Part shown: positions 54,660 through 64,000 of the stretch, in pieces
Numbering within the stretch: the first letter of the stretch is position 1
How the letters are laid out: every line of letters starts with the position of its first letter
Assembly (NCBI GenBank): GCA_040380025.1
Contig: JBEIJY010000003.1
Coordinates: 51,130-115,129, forward strand
Reading direction: 5' to 3'
Source of the DNA: Bdellovibrionales bacterium
GTDB taxonomy: Bacteria > Bdellovibrionota > UBA1018 > CAIMNF01
Length of the DNA stretch: 64,000 nucleotides
Translations under genes and position numbers: made by a program
The notes under the pieces: generated by a model
Seen by the model: the letters and a program-made list of their open reading frames with translations, nothing else
Told to the model about the DNA's origin: nothing
The model's database searches: none

Positions 54660-55940
54660 ATGAACTTTTCATTGATGGAGTCTCGGCCGGTGGGGTACTT
54701 TCGGGAGGCGATGCCCCCGAAGACACCCGTCCCTCTGGCAAAATGGAAAATCGGCGAAAGCGTGCTCCGAGTACTGATCGGAGGACGCTCGTTTCTTGAT
54801 TCCAAGGAAGGCTTCCGGGGCGTATTCCGAAGCCGCCATTCGGCCGCGAATTATCTTCACGCGTATGGATTTGATCTCCAGGATCCGATCGAAAAGGCGG
54901 AGCTTCGCGGAACCCTCCAGGAGGCCATGCGCTTCATCAAGACGTATTTCTTGAAGCCCTCGAACCCGGAGGGACTCAGTCTCGAGATTCCAAGAAAAAT
55001 CCTCGAGGTCAATGACGTCACCGATCTTCTCATGTTCGCCAGCTCCGAGGGACGGAACGAGCTCCGGGCTTGGGCGGGTGCGCTTCTTCGGGTCATCCAT
55101 ACCCTGAGCCATGTCGATCGCGATCTCCGCACGCATTACTTCAAGGACATTCAAACCCAGATTCTCGACCGGTTCTACCGCCAGCTCCACCGCGACGAGG
55201 CAGGAACCCTGTACCTGGGACGCACGCCCGATGATCCCTTCCGGGTCGATCTCGTGCAGTTCGATGTGAAACCCAAAAAAGCGCGCGACAGCACGATCAT
55301 CAAACTGCTGCACAAGCCAGAGAGCGTCGCCGAAGAGCTGTTCGATCGCGTCGGCGTCCGCTTTGTCACCCGGACCCGGCTCGATGCCGTGCGGGTGATC
55401 CAGTATCTCGAGCACGCCAACGTGGTCGTGGGCGCGAACATCAAGCCGTCGCGCTCGCGGAACACCCTCATCAATGTGGATCGCTTCGAGACCGTGCTCC
55501 ACGAGAACCTGCCGCGGCTCCGGTCGCGCGAGCTCACCGAAGAAGAATTCGTCGCTTTGCTCGAGAAAGTCCCCTTCCCCGAGGAGAAGCCGGGCGAGAA
55601 TCCCTTCAGCTCCGAGCACTATCGCGCCATCCAGTTCACCTGCCGCCAGCTGATCAAGATCAAGAACCCCCTCTCGGACCAGATCCGCGAGCTCAAGGCC
55701 GCGGCGCGGGGCAAGGAGCTCGATCCGGCCCTCACGGCCGCGATCGAGAAGGTCGATCAAAAGTATGTCCAGCGGGTCGTGCGGTTCTTTTATCCGTACG
55801 AGGTGCAGGTCATGGACGAGCGGAGTTTTCAAGAAAACGAAAAAGGAAGAAGCGCCCATCGCGAGTACAAGAAGGCCCAGCAGCGGGCGGCACTCACGCG
55901 GGTGATGGGGGTTCTGGCGGGGAATGAAGCTCAGGGTTGA
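54660..55940 (+). CDS. Hypothetical protein, first gene of a putative three-gene operon
   Basis: 426 aa with no recognizable motif. Overlaps the next gene by 17 nt. Confidence 0.5.
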   Translation: MNFSLMESRPVGYFREAMPPKTPVPLAKWKIGESVLRVLIGGRSFLDSKEGFRGVFRSRHSAANYLHAYGFDLQDPIEKAELRGTLQEAMRFIKTYFLKPSNPEGLSLEIPRKILEVNDVTDLLMFASSEGRNELRAWAGALLRVIHTLSHVDRDLRTHYFKDIQTQILDRFYRQLHRDEAGTLYLGRTPDDPFRVDLVQFDVKPKKARDSTIIKLLHKPESVAEELFDRVGVRFVTRTRLDAVRVIQYLEHANVVVGANIKPSRSRNTLINVDRFETVLHENLPRLRSRELTEEEFVALLEKVPFPEEKPGENPFSSEHYRAIQFTCRQLIKIKNPLSDQIRELKAAARGKELDPALTAAIEKVDQKYVQRVVRFFYPYEVQVMDERSFQENEKGRSAHREYKKAQQRAALTRVMGVLAGNEAQG

Positions 55941-57108
55941 TTACCTGCTGATCGGAACCGGAGCCGCTCCCTTGCTTGCGGCGCAGAAGCTCACCGCGCG
56001 GGGGGATTCGGTGATGATCCTGAATCCTGATTCTGATTTTTTTCTCGAGAACTCCGAGCTCTCCCTCGATCTTCTGAGCTTTGAATCGAATACGACCGAC
56101 CTGAGCCGGCGCTTCGCCAACAATTTTCCCGAGCAGGTGTACCGCGACTTGATTCCCGAATTCCCGGGAGCGGTCGAGATCGCGCGCGAAGAAGACCTGC
56201 GTCGTTCCGCAGGACCGTATCAGGTCGCAGAGGCGCCGTGGATCCGCTCGCGGCACCGGCTCTGGGTCGCTCCCGAGCGCGGCGTGGCCCGTGATCGTCT
56301 CGAGGTGTTGTATCTTCGTGCGCTCGATCTCGGTCTGAAGCCCCAGTGGCTCGAGGGACTTCCGCTCGCGAAGCGGTTTCCCGGATTTTCGTTTCGCGAT
56401 GTCGAGTCCCGCAATCTCGACGGCTGGGTCGGGTTTGTCGGTCCCCGGCTCGGAGACATCGATGTCTCGCGCTATCGCACGGGGCTGCTCGAGTTCGTGC
56501 GCGAGCGACTCGGTCGCGAGAATGTCATGACGGGCGTGCATCTTCTGAACGCCGACCAGAAAGGCGTGCGGTTTCAAAAAAGCGAGGGTCTGCCGAAGAA
56601 CATCGAGGTCGGTCGCGCGGTGCTCTTTTTCTGGACCCCGAAGCTCGATCGCATGCTCCGGCAAAATCTCGAGCGGCATTTTCCCCGCGGGCTCAAGGCG
56701 TATCAGGAGTCCGCCTCGCTTCAGCGTTGGGAGGAGTGGGATCTCCTCTCGCGCGATCCTGTGAATCCGTTTTTGGTCGCGCATCTCGAGCGGGTGCGGA
56801 TCTGGGCGCACGGCGAGGGACCGCCCCCCGCGGCCGGTTGGAACCAGATCAAGGTGATGATGCGCGAGAAGTCCGATACCTGGGTCGATCAGGAGTCGTT
56901 CGACGAGCTCTCGCGCCTGGTGTTCCAGTTCATGGGTTGGGATCGCTTCACGGTTCGCAAGATGACTCCGAGGGCCTTGTACCGCTGGAACGGAATGACG
57001 CCGATCGAATACGAAACAGGCGGGCTCCGCACGCTGATCATTCCCTCCTGCGACGGGCCCTTGCACTGGATCGCAGGTCAGGTCCGAAAGACGATTGACG
57101 GGGTTTAG
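55924..57108 (+). CDS. FAD/NAD(P)-binding Rossmann-fold protein
   Basis: DYLLIGTGAAPLLAAQKL...VMILNPDSD beta-alpha-beta dinucleotide-binding motif. Confidence 0.55.
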   Translation: MKLRVDYLLIGTGAAPLLAAQKLTARGDSVMILNPDSDFFLENSELSLDLLSFESNTTDLSRRFANNFPEQVYRDLIPEFPGAVEIAREEDLRRSAGPYQVAEAPWIRSRHRLWVAPERGVARDRLEVLYLRALDLGLKPQWLEGLPLAKRFPGFSFRDVESRNLDGWVGFVGPRLGDIDVSRYRTGLLEFVRERLGRENVMTGVHLLNADQKGVRFQKSEGLPKNIEVGRAVLFFWTPKLDRMLRQNLERHFPRGLKAYQESASLQRWEEWDLLSRDPVNPFLVAHLERVRIWAHGEGPPPAAGWNQIKVMMREKSDTWVDQESFDELSRLVFQFMGWDRFTVRKMTPRALYRWNGMTPIEYETGGLRTLIIPSCDGPLHWIAGQVRKTIDGV

Positions 57109-57111
57109 CAC

Positions 57112-59001
57112 ATGAAAATGAGAGACGGTCAGATCGATGTCGCCCTTCTTGCGGGACCCCGCCTCGGTCGCTGGCCGACCCAAGGGGTTCGGGTTCTTTC
57201 GCGGCATTGCTCCGATGCGGGACTCCGCGTGGGTTGGTACGGCGGCCCCGGCATGAACGTGCGCGGAGTTTTGCCGCTCGATGCAGGAGGCGCGCTCGTG
57301 ATGGTCGAGGACGTGCAGGGGCGGCTCCACCGGATTCGCGCCAAGGCCGTGGTGAAGGTCTCGCCGGAGCTGGAGTTTCCGATGCCGTTCGAGGGCTGGT
57401 ACTCGCCCGGATTGATTCCCGAATCGACCGCACGAAAACTGATGGCGCAAGGAAGCCTGAACTGGCAACCCGTGGTGGTCATTCTGGGTACGGGAACCCG
57501 CGCACTCCGGCTCGGCTCCGAACTGATGGAGTCGCGTCTTGCATCGCGGGTCGTGTGCGTCGAATCGGTGTTCAGTGAGGTCCAAGGATGGGAGGTCGAA
57601 CGCCGGCGCTTCGAGATCCGCGGCGGAAAAATCCTCTTCGGCACTCCCGTGGTCCTTGCCCAGAAATCCCCCTCCCTTTGGTCGATCCGGATCCGCGATG
57701 ATCACGGAGTCCGCGTGCTCGATGCCGCGCGGGTCATCTCGGTCGGGCCCTTCGTCGAAGATTCCGGCTATCGGGAGTATCCGGCGGGGAGTCTGCTCGT
57801 GGAGTGGGAGAACAGCGAGTCCGATCGCTTGCGCGACGATGCCGAAACGGTGCTTTTGGACGAGCATCGCGCCGTGGTGCTCGCCTCGCGCTTCATCAAG
57901 GGGCTTGCCGATCCGTCGCCAAGGTTCAAGTCCGAATTCGAGCGCGTTCTTTGGTCGAGCAAGCAAAAGCTGAAAGAAATGGAATCACTCCCCGCACGGC
58001 GCCACCAATGGGCCTACGAGGGAAAGTGGCTTTCGACCTCCAGCCGCGAGACCTTGCGGACCTTCGAGGGAGTGCCCTCGAAGCTGAAGCCCGAGGGCAT
58101 GATGGCCTCGATCGAGTGCGTGGAGCCGATCGGCTGCAAGATTTGCGAGAAGTCATGCCCGGCGAATGCCATCAAGATCGACCGCGAGAAAAAAACATTC
58201 CTGATCGAGGACCGGTGCACGGGCTGCGGGTTTTGTCTTCAGGCTTGTCCGAGCGGGGTTCCTGTGATGATCGAGGGCGAGGCGAAGGGAAGCTATGTGA
58301 ACCTCGTGTTCCCGTTCTCCGAAAAGCCCTTTCCGAAAAAAGGCGAACGCGCAGGACTCTTGAGCAGAAGGGGCGAAGTGCTTGCACAGGGGCGGATCAT
58401 GGATCAGTTCCTCGACGGACCGGTTCCCTTGTTCAAGGTCGAGGTTCCCTCGCATCTGGCCTGGGAGGTGCGGGGAGTCCAACCCTCGCCGCTCGAGGCT
58501 TCGGCCGAGAACAGCGAGGAGTTCTATCAGGAGCGCGGGACCCGCGTGGAGGTGCAGATCCACGGCGAGACGAGGCGGGTGCGCGAGGGACAGCTCGTGT
58601 CGGTCGCGCTCTTCGAGATCGGCATGGCCCGCCCGAACGACATTTTGATGTGCGGGGACGGAAGCTGCGGCCTCTGCCAGATCGAGGTCGACGGGCAAAA
58701 AAAATTCGCCTGCGAAACGACCATTCATCAGGGAATGGACCTGCGCTTCACCCGCGACCATCCGGCATCCTCGGAGCTTTGTCCCTGTGCGGGGATCACG
58801 GTCCGGGACATCGAAGAAAAAATCGCCTCGGTCAAGCCCGATACCCTCGAGGCCCTCTCCCAGGTCAGCGGAGTCTGTCAGGGAAAATGCCACGGACTCT
58901 TGTGCCGGCAGTCGTGGATCTCGGTCTGCCGGTCGGGAGGGATCGAGGGGGGGAGGTTTAATGACTGGCGGTTTCCGTGGGTCGATTGGGTCATTAAGTA
59001 G
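57112..59001 (+). CDS. Multi-cluster iron-sulfur protein: two 4Fe-4S ferredoxin motifs, a 2Fe-2S motif and a BFD-like Cys motif
   Basis: CKICEKSCP and CTGCGFCLQACP (4Fe-4S). CGDGSCGLCQ (2Fe-2S). CPCAGITVRDIEEKI (BFD-like). N-terminal GTGTRA Rossmann-like segment. Confidence 0.6.
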   Translation: MKMRDGQIDVALLAGPRLGRWPTQGVRVLSRHCSDAGLRVGWYGGPGMNVRGVLPLDAGGALVMVEDVQGRLHRIRAKAVVKVSPELEFPMPFEGWYSPGLIPESTARKLMAQGSLNWQPVVVILGTGTRALRLGSELMESRLASRVVCVESVFSEVQGWEVERRRFEIRGGKILFGTPVVLAQKSPSLWSIRIRDDHGVRVLDAARVISVGPFVEDSGYREYPAGSLLVEWENSESDRLRDDAETVLLDEHRAVVLASRFIKGLADPSPRFKSEFERVLWSSKQKLKEMESLPARRHQWAYEGKWLSTSSRETLRTFEGVPSKLKPEGMMASIECVEPIGCKICEKSCPANAIKIDREKKTFLIEDRCTGCGFCLQACPSGVPVMIEGEAKGSYVNLVFPFSEKPFPKKGERAGLLSRRGEVLAQGRIMDQFLDGPVPLFKVEVPSHLAWEVRGVQPSPLEASAENSEEFYQERGTRVEVQIHGETRRVREGQLVSVALFEIGMARPNDILMCGDGSCGLCQIEVDGQKKFACETTIHQGMDLRFTRDHPASSELCPCAGITVRDIEEKIASVKPDTLEALSQVSGVCQGKCHGLLCRQSWISVCRSGGIEGGRFNDWRFPWVDWVIK

Positions 59002-59002
59002 T

Positions 59003-59082
59003 GGATATCAAAAGCGATAAAATTTTGACTAAAACCAACTTTTATTGTTGCGTATTGGTGTGTTATTTATTAAACTGACCAT
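59003..59082 (+). promoter_or_regulatory. 80-bp AT-rich intergenic region (putative promoter) upstream of the XRE regulator
   Basis: ...aaaattttgactaaaaccaacttttattgttgcgtattggtgtgttatttattaaactgacc... Strongly AT-rich in a GC-rich genome and contains a TTGACT hexamer. Confidence 0.4.
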
Positions 59083-59535
59083 ATGGAAAATGTAAGTAAG
59101 AAAGGTTTATCCAAGTCGCCCAACTGGGTAGGCTCCTTCATCCGCCAGAAGCGCGAGGCGAAGGGTCTGTCGCAAAAAGAGCTGGGCCAGAAGTTCGATC
59201 CACCCGTGACCACGCAGTTTGTTTCCAACCTTGAGCGCGGCATTACCCCCATCCCGGCAGCCCACATCCAGGCCATCGTCCGGTCCCTCGAAATCAACGA
59301 GGGCGAGCTCATGGTGTTGATGGAGAAAGAGTACGCCGCCAAGCTCACCAACAAGATCGCAGGCCATCACTTCGACCACGGAGAGAATTCTCCGGCCGTG
59401 CTGGTCATCCCCAGACAGGACGAGGAGTTCTTCAAGTGGGTGGTGCAGAGCTTTAACAACCTGAGCGATGTCGATCGCGCGCAGTTCAAGGCCCAGCTGA
59501 AGAGCTGGTTCGAGCTGAGCCTGAAGCGAGCCTGA
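59083..59535 (+). CDS. XRE-family helix-turn-helix transcriptional regulator
   Basis: IRQKREAKGLSQKELGQK HTH_3 segment. Confidence 0.65.
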   Translation: MENVSKKGLSKSPNWVGSFIRQKREAKGLSQKELGQKFDPPVTTQFVSNLERGITPIPAAHIQAIVRSLEINEGELMVLMEKEYAAKLTNKIAGHHFDHGENSPAVLVIPRQDEEFFKWVVQSFNNLSDVDRAQFKAQLKSWFELSLKRA

Positions 59536-59544
59536 TCGCGGGTT

Positions 59545-60498
59545 ATGGGGGGCGACAAGTTAAAAAAGAGCGGGAATCCCCGGACCATGGGGGCCCGCTC
59601 TTTGTTTTTGGAGAGTCAGGAGCGCGAGCCGGTCCCAGTCCGGTTCGGGACCGTGAAGTCGTTCGATGGCACCCCGGTGTTTTATTGCGAGGAGGGCGAG
59701 GGTCCTCCTCTGGTTTTTTGCTACGGCATCGCTTGTTCGACGCTCCATTGGACCTACCAGATCGATCACTTCCGTCGAAACTATCGCTGCATCTGGTTTG
59801 ATTACCGCGGTCATCGCAACACCCCCATTCCCGAAAAGCCTGAGTCGATGACAATCGCCGCAAGCGCCCGTGACCTCGAGTGCGTGCTGGATTCTCTCGG
59901 GGTCGAGAAGGCTGACCTTTTGGGGCATAGCATGGGAGTCAGCGTGGTGCTCGAGTTCGCCCGAAAGAACCCCGAGCGTGTGAACCGCATGGTGCTTGCG
60001 AATGGCACTCCAAAGAGGCCTCTCGATACGCTGCTCGGAGGCAACTACCTGAGTCCCGCCTTCGGACTCCTGAAGCGGTATCAGGATCTGAAGCCCGATT
60101 GGGTCAAGCGTTTCTGGCGCCTGCAAAACAACGAACTCGCCGCCTCGGCCATGTTCGGCATTCTGGGATTCAACCGGAATCTGTGCGACCCGGGGGACAT
60201 CCGCACCTACGCGCGCCAGATCGCGGAGCTTCCGCCCGAGGTTTTCACGCATCTGATGGATGACTACCGGAACTTCGACGCCACCCCGTGGCTCCATGAG
60301 CTCGGGCATTCGTCGCTCGTGCTCTCGGGCGAGCAGGATCTCGTGACTCCGCCCGGCACGCAGGATCTCCTGCATCAGCTTCTTCCGCGCTCCGAGCTCG
60401 TGCGGATCCGGCACGGCAGTCATTGCTCCACGCTCGATCTGCCGGAGTATGTGAATCTCGTCCTTGAGAAGTTCCTGGTGCCGCGATCCGCGCGATGA
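59545..60498 (+). CDS. Alpha/beta-fold hydrolase
   Basis: GHSMG nucleophile elbow. C-terminal His in GSHCS. Confidence 0.7.
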   Translation: MGGDKLKKSGNPRTMGARSLFLESQEREPVPVRFGTVKSFDGTPVFYCEEGEGPPLVFCYGIACSTLHWTYQIDHFRRNYRCIWFDYRGHRNTPIPEKPESMTIAASARDLECVLDSLGVEKADLLGHSMGVSVVLEFARKNPERVNRMVLANGTPKRPLDTLLGGNYLSPAFGLLKRYQDLKPDWVKRFWRLQNNELAASAMFGILGFNRNLCDPGDIRTYARQIAELPPEVFTHLMDDYRNFDATPWLHELGHSSLVLSGEQDLVTPPGTQDLLHQLLPRSELVRIRHGSHCSTLDLPEYVNLVLEKFLVPRSAR

Positions 60499-60533
60499 AG
60501 CATCCCGAGAAGCCGGCGAACCTTCCCGGTCAA

Positions 60534-62672
60534 TTATGAGGTCTTCAGGTGTGCCGACTCGATTTTGCCGGCGGTTTCGAGGTATTCCCGGAAGGGCCTC
60601 GCATCGGTGCTCCGGAGGCCCGGGTCCTTTTCGATCAGCTCGATCACATCCTCGCGGGCCTTCATGAGCCAGTCCTGATCGCGCACAAGGGACGCGATCT
60701 TGAAAGGGAGAGCCCCTGATTGCCTCGTGCCCAAAAACTCACCGGGACCCCGCAGCTCCAGATCCGCCTCGGCGATCTTGAATCCGTCCTCGGTCTCGCA
60801 CATCACCTCAAGCCGCTCGGGAGTCGGCAGGTTCTGCGGTCGATCGGTCTTCAAAAAACAAGTCGATTGGAATTTTCCGCGCCCGATCCGGCCCCGGAGC
60901 TGATGCAGTTGCGAGAGCCCGAACCGCTCCGGATGCTCGATCACCATGATCGTCGCATTCGGCACATCCACGCCGACCTCGACCACCGTGGTCGACACCA
61001 GAATTTGCACATCATTCGCCCTGAACCGCTCCATGACCGAGGCCTTCTCGGCCGGGCTCAGTTTGCCGTGCAGGAGTCCCACTTTGAATTCCGAGAAGGT
61101 CTCATTTGCCAGTTGTTCCGCCGCCGAGACCGCGCTCTTCAGATGCGTGAAGCCTTCTTCTTCGGAGTCATTCACGAGCGGAAAAATAAAATACGCTTGC
61201 CGCCCGTCACGCAGTTCTTTTTTGATGAACTCGATCATTTTGCCATGCTCATGCTGACGGACGAGCCGTGTTTTGATCGGAGTCCGGCCCGGTGGTCGCT
61301 CGCGGATCACCGAGACGGCCAGATCGCCATAGGCGGTCAGGGCGAGTGTGCGGGGAATGGGAGTCGCCGTCATCACCAGAGTATGCGGTTGGATCACGGA
61401 CTTCTCGCGCAGTTTTCGCCTCTGTTCGACGCCGAATCGATGTTGCTCGTCGATGATCACATAGCCGAGGTTCCGGAATCGCACGGGGTCTTCGATCAGG
61501 GCATGGGTGCCGATGATGAGGGCCGCGCGGTTCTCATCCAAAAGCGCCTGCACGGATTTTCGCTCGCTTGTGGTGGTTTTACCGAGGAGTAGCTTTGCCG
61601 GCACATCGGCTCCGAAAATTTTCAGCAAATTCTGGTAGTGCTGCTCTGCCAGGATCTCGGTCGGCGCCATGAGCGCAACTTGGAATCCCTGATCCATCAT
61701 TGCCAGGGCCGACAAGAGGGCCACCGCGGTTTTTCCCGCGCCCACATCGCCCTGTAAAAGCCGGTTCATCGGAAAAGGCTGGGAGGCGTCTTTTGCGATT
61801 TCTTGCAGGGCTGTTGCTTGTCCCGCGGTCAGGGCGAAGGGAAGCCGCTTCTTCGAGCGCTCGAGGCTCGTTTCGAGTTTCGCGGAATCCAGCGCATGGC
61901 CCTTTTCTTTTTGAAGGTCAAGCCTCCGCGAGAGCATGTGGTACTCGAACTTGAAGAACTCCTCGTAGATCAGCCGGAAATGCGCGGGCGAGCGGAAGTC
62001 CGCGAATCCCGATGCACCATCCTTGCCCGTGTTCCCGCTCGGAAAATGCACCTCGCGGATCGCCTTCGGGAGCGGCGGAAGCTGGTGGCGTCGCAGGTAG
62101 ACGTGCGGAAGCTCGTCTTTCAGGGCCGGAACGGCTTGTTCGAGGGCGGTGTCGAGGATGCGGCGGAGGGTCTTCGTGGGAACGCCCTCGATCTCGGTGT
62201 ACACGGGCACGATCCGACCGACATTCAGGCCTTCTTCGAGGTCGAATTCGATTTCGGGGTGGATCATCTCGCGAATCGAGCCGAAGCTCTTCAGGTTGCC
62301 GGTGGCGATGATTTTTCGTCCGGGCTCGAATTTTCCCTCGAAGCCCTTGAAGGTGCGGAACCACTTGAGCGAGATCCACTGCTTTTCGGGGTCGAAGGCC
62401 TTGACCTCGAAAAGCTTCGAGAACCGGCCCCGGAGAGGACGCACGAAGGCCTGATGGATCGTGAGCTCGATCGAGGCATCGCCGCCCTCGGGCAGGTCGC
62501 GGAGCACGCTCATTTTTGAGCGATCCTCGTACTTGCGCGGAAAAAAATAAAGAAGGTCCCGGACCGTGATGATGTCGCGCGAGCCGAAGATTCCGGCCAT
62601 GCGCGGGCCGACGCCTTTTAAAAACTGCACCCGCCGGTCGAGCGGGTTCTCGGTGAATTCGGGCTTGGTCAC
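60534..62672 (-). CDS. recG: ATP-dependent DNA helicase RecG
   Basis: Wedge domain plus DEAD-box helicase motifs ([15 protein letters not shown]). Confidence 0.85.
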   Translation of the reverse strand: MTKPEFTENPLDRRVQFLKGVGPRMAGIFGSRDIITVRDLLYFFPRKYEDRSKMSVLRDLPEGGDASIELTIHQAFVRPLRGRFSKLFEVKAFDPEKQWISLKWFRTFKGFEGKFEPGRKIIATGNLKSFGSIREMIHPEIEFDLEEGLNVGRIVPVYTEIEGVPTKTLRRILDTALEQAVPALKDELPHVYLRRHQLPPLPKAIREVHFPSGNTGKDGASGFADFRSPAHFRLIYEEFFKFEYHMLSRRLDLQKEKGHALDSAKLETSLERSKKRLPFALTAGQATALQEIAKDASQPFPMNRLLQGDVGAGKTAVALLSALAMMDQGFQVALMAPTEILAEQHYQNLLKIFGADVPAKLLLGKTTTSERKSVQALLDENRAALIIGTHALIEDPVRFRNLGYVIIDEQHRFGVEQRRKLREKSVIQPHTLVMTATPIPRTLALTAYGDLAVSVIRERPPGRTPIKTRLVRQHEHGKMIEFIKKELRDGRQAYFIFPLVNDSEEEGFTHLKSAVSAAEQLANETFSEFKVGLLHGKLSPAEKASVMERFRANDVQILVSTTVVEVGVDVPNATIMVIEHPERFGLSQLHQLRGRIGRGKFQSTCFLKTDRPQNLPTPERLEVMCETEDGFKIAEADLELRGPGEFLGTRQSGALPFKIASLVRDQDWLMKAREDVIELIEKDPGLRSTDARPFREYLETAGKIESAHLKTS

Positions 62673-63157
62673 ATGTAGCGGATTTTGACCACGGTGTAGT
62701 TCACGACACCGCGGGGAGCGTTCACCTCGACGCCATCGCCCTCTTGTTTTCCGATCAGGGAGCGAGCCAGAGGCGAGGAGATGCTGATTTTGTTCTTTTT
62801 GATGTCCGCCTCGTCCTGTCCCACGATCTTGTAGGTAATCGCGTTCCCGGATTCCTCTTCTTCGAGCTCGACCGTGGCCCCGAAAACGACCTTATCGCTC
62901 CGAATCGTCGTGGGATCGATGATCTGGGCACGCGCGATCTTGCCGTTGATCTCCTGGATCCGTCCCTCGATGAACCCTTGCCGTTCCTTTGCCGCCGAAT
63001 AATCGGCGTTCTCAGAAAGGTCGCCCAGTGACCTCGCATGCTCGATGGCCGCGATGATCTTCGGGCGCTCCACCTGCATCAGGTTCTTCAGTTCCTCATC
63101 GAGCAGGCGCTTCCCTTCGACGGTCATGGGGATTTTTTCTTCTGCCATAAGGGCCAC
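62669..63157 (-). CDS. greA: Transcription elongation factor GreA
   Basis: IPMTVEG...LSENADY coiled-coil and FKBP-like C-terminus. 4-nt overlap with recG. Confidence 0.8.
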   Translation of the reverse strand: MALMAEEKIPMTVEGKRLLDEELKNLMQVERPKIIAAIEHARSLGDLSENADYSAAKERQGFIEGRIQEINGKIARAQIIDPTTIRSDKVVFGATVELEEEESGNAITYKIVGQDEADIKKNKISISSPLARSLIGKQEGDGVEVNAPRGVVNYTVVKIRYM

Positions 63158-63194
63158 AGGCTACCACGCGGTAAATGCCGAAGTCAAAGAGGGG

Positions 63195-63677
63195 TCAGTG
63201 GCAGGGGCCGAGGTAATCGGCGACGGGAGCCAAGGGTCTTTCCTGGATGGTTCGAGGAGCCTCGAACGATCGCTCGAAGCGAAGGCGAGATTCCGCGAGC
63301 GGAAAGTGAAGGCCCGGGGCCTGGAGGCTTGCCGTGGCCGGAATTCCGTTCGGACCAGGAGCAAAAAGCCCGCGCAGGGAGGAGAATCCGATCGAGAGTC
63401 CCGAGCAGGTCGGGATGCTTCCCGGCTGATCGTCTGATGGAGCGAATTCGACACGAAACGCGCAGGTGGAGCCGTCTTCGACGACGGTGCCTGAAATCGC
63501 ATGCGAGGGCGCTGTTCGAGGCTCCGGATTCACCCGGAGCAGAAAGTGCTTTTCTTCTCCGGTCGGAAGCACGAAGTCCAGCGAGTATTCCCGGATCGTG
63601 GGGGTGAAGGGGGTTTGGGCGGAGCTATCCGCGATTCCCCCGAGCAATACCAGAACCAACCAAGTCATCATCCTCAT
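63195..63677 (-). CDS. Secreted hypothetical protein
   Basis: Signal peptide MRMMTWLVLVLLGGIADSSAQ. The ORF could extend to 63719. Confidence 0.45.
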   Translation of the reverse strand: MRMMTWLVLVLLGGIADSSAQTPFTPTIREYSLDFVLPTGEEKHFLLRVNPEPRTAPSHAISGTVVEDGSTCAFRVEFAPSDDQPGSIPTCSGLSIGFSSLRGLFAPGPNGIPATASLQAPGLHFPLAESRLRFERSFEAPRTIQERPLAPVADYLGPCH

Positions 63678-63759
63678 CCGGCGCGCAAAATACCGGAAAA
63701 TCCGCGCGGAATCAAGCAAGAATGAGAGAAGCCCCGTCCGATTCGTCGTGTTGGGAAAT

Positions 63760-63904
63760 GGAATCCTCTTTGAGCCAGGGCCGGCACATAAAAAGAGGGT
63801 TCGCCTCCGAGCCGCGTCCTGCGGCCTCGCTTTCGCGCATCACGCGCTCGCGAGAGTCGGCAACCCCTCTTTTGATGTGCCGGCCCTGACTCAAAGAGGA
63901 TTCC
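63760..63904 (-). ncRNA. Candidate structured RNA / cis-regulatory element, copy 2
   Basis: 40-bp outer stem (GGAATCCTCTTTGAG...AAAAGAGGG / CCCCTCTTTT...CAAAGAGGATTCC) enclosing the same 59-nt core as copy 1. Same orientation relative to the downstream (minus-strand) gene. Confidence 0.45.
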
Positions 63905-63942
63905 TTCACCTCGTCCCGACGAAGCGGAACGGGGATCACTTT

Positions 63943-64000
63943 TTCTTGAAGAGTGCTTCGGCCGCGGCTTTCAGGGCATCCTTCTTCGCGCCGGATTGCC
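63943..64000 (-). CDS. 3' end of an unidentified minus-strand gene (partial)
   Basis: Reverse-strand reading ends ...ALKAAAEALFKKK*. Confidence 0.25.

Noticed and set aside
1-64000. rRNA, tRNA, tmRNA, transposase, integrase or prophage genes
   Set aside because: No stretch showed rRNA-like conservation, tRNA cloverleaf-like GC-rich 75-90 nt islands, or IS terminal inverted repeats with transposase motifs (DDE / HUH). None is called.

Overview
This 64 kb window is a chromosomal-looking segment of a moderately GC-rich (about 55-60 percent) Gram-negative genome, and the gene content is compatible with a Bdellovibrio- or Myxococcus-like deltaproteobacterial lineage. Most of it is housekeeping: uppS(3' end)-cdsA-rseP-tsaB-pssA, truA-tig, an ABC-2 transporter operon, a Fur-family regulator, rimO-queG, recO, recG-greA, dusC, pgpA, arginase and a cell-wall amidase. 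A mevalonate-type isoprenoid cluster (ispA, type-2 IPP isomerase, class-II HMG-CoA reductase) is present. I found no rRNA, tRNA, CRISPR array, transposase or integrase. The features worth a second look are these. (1) A tandem array of five paralogous small secreted four-cysteine proteins (20.1-23.1 kb), arranged as three transcription units that each carry a near-identical AT-rich element plus TTGACA promoter, lying co-directionally upstream of a Fur-family regulator and next to a GAF/sigma-54 activator. (2) A roughly 120-145 nt intergenic element present twice (30.8 kb and 63.8 kb) with a near-identical 59-nt hairpin-rich core enclosed by long outer stems that differ in sequence between copies but stay complementary, in the same orientation upstream of unrelated genes. 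(3) A type-Ia-like ParA/ParB pair with three 16-20 bp palindromes upstream. (4) A secreted protein built from about 15 tandem C-x7-C octad repeats. (5) A putative flavin/iron-sulfur oxidoreductase operon, a sphingomyelin-synthase-like PAP2 protein beside a fatty-acid-hydroxylase-family protein, a His-rich insertion in trigger factor, and two lysine-rich histone-H1-like small proteins. Coordinates were refined by hand from the ORF track, and start codons are approximate where noted.
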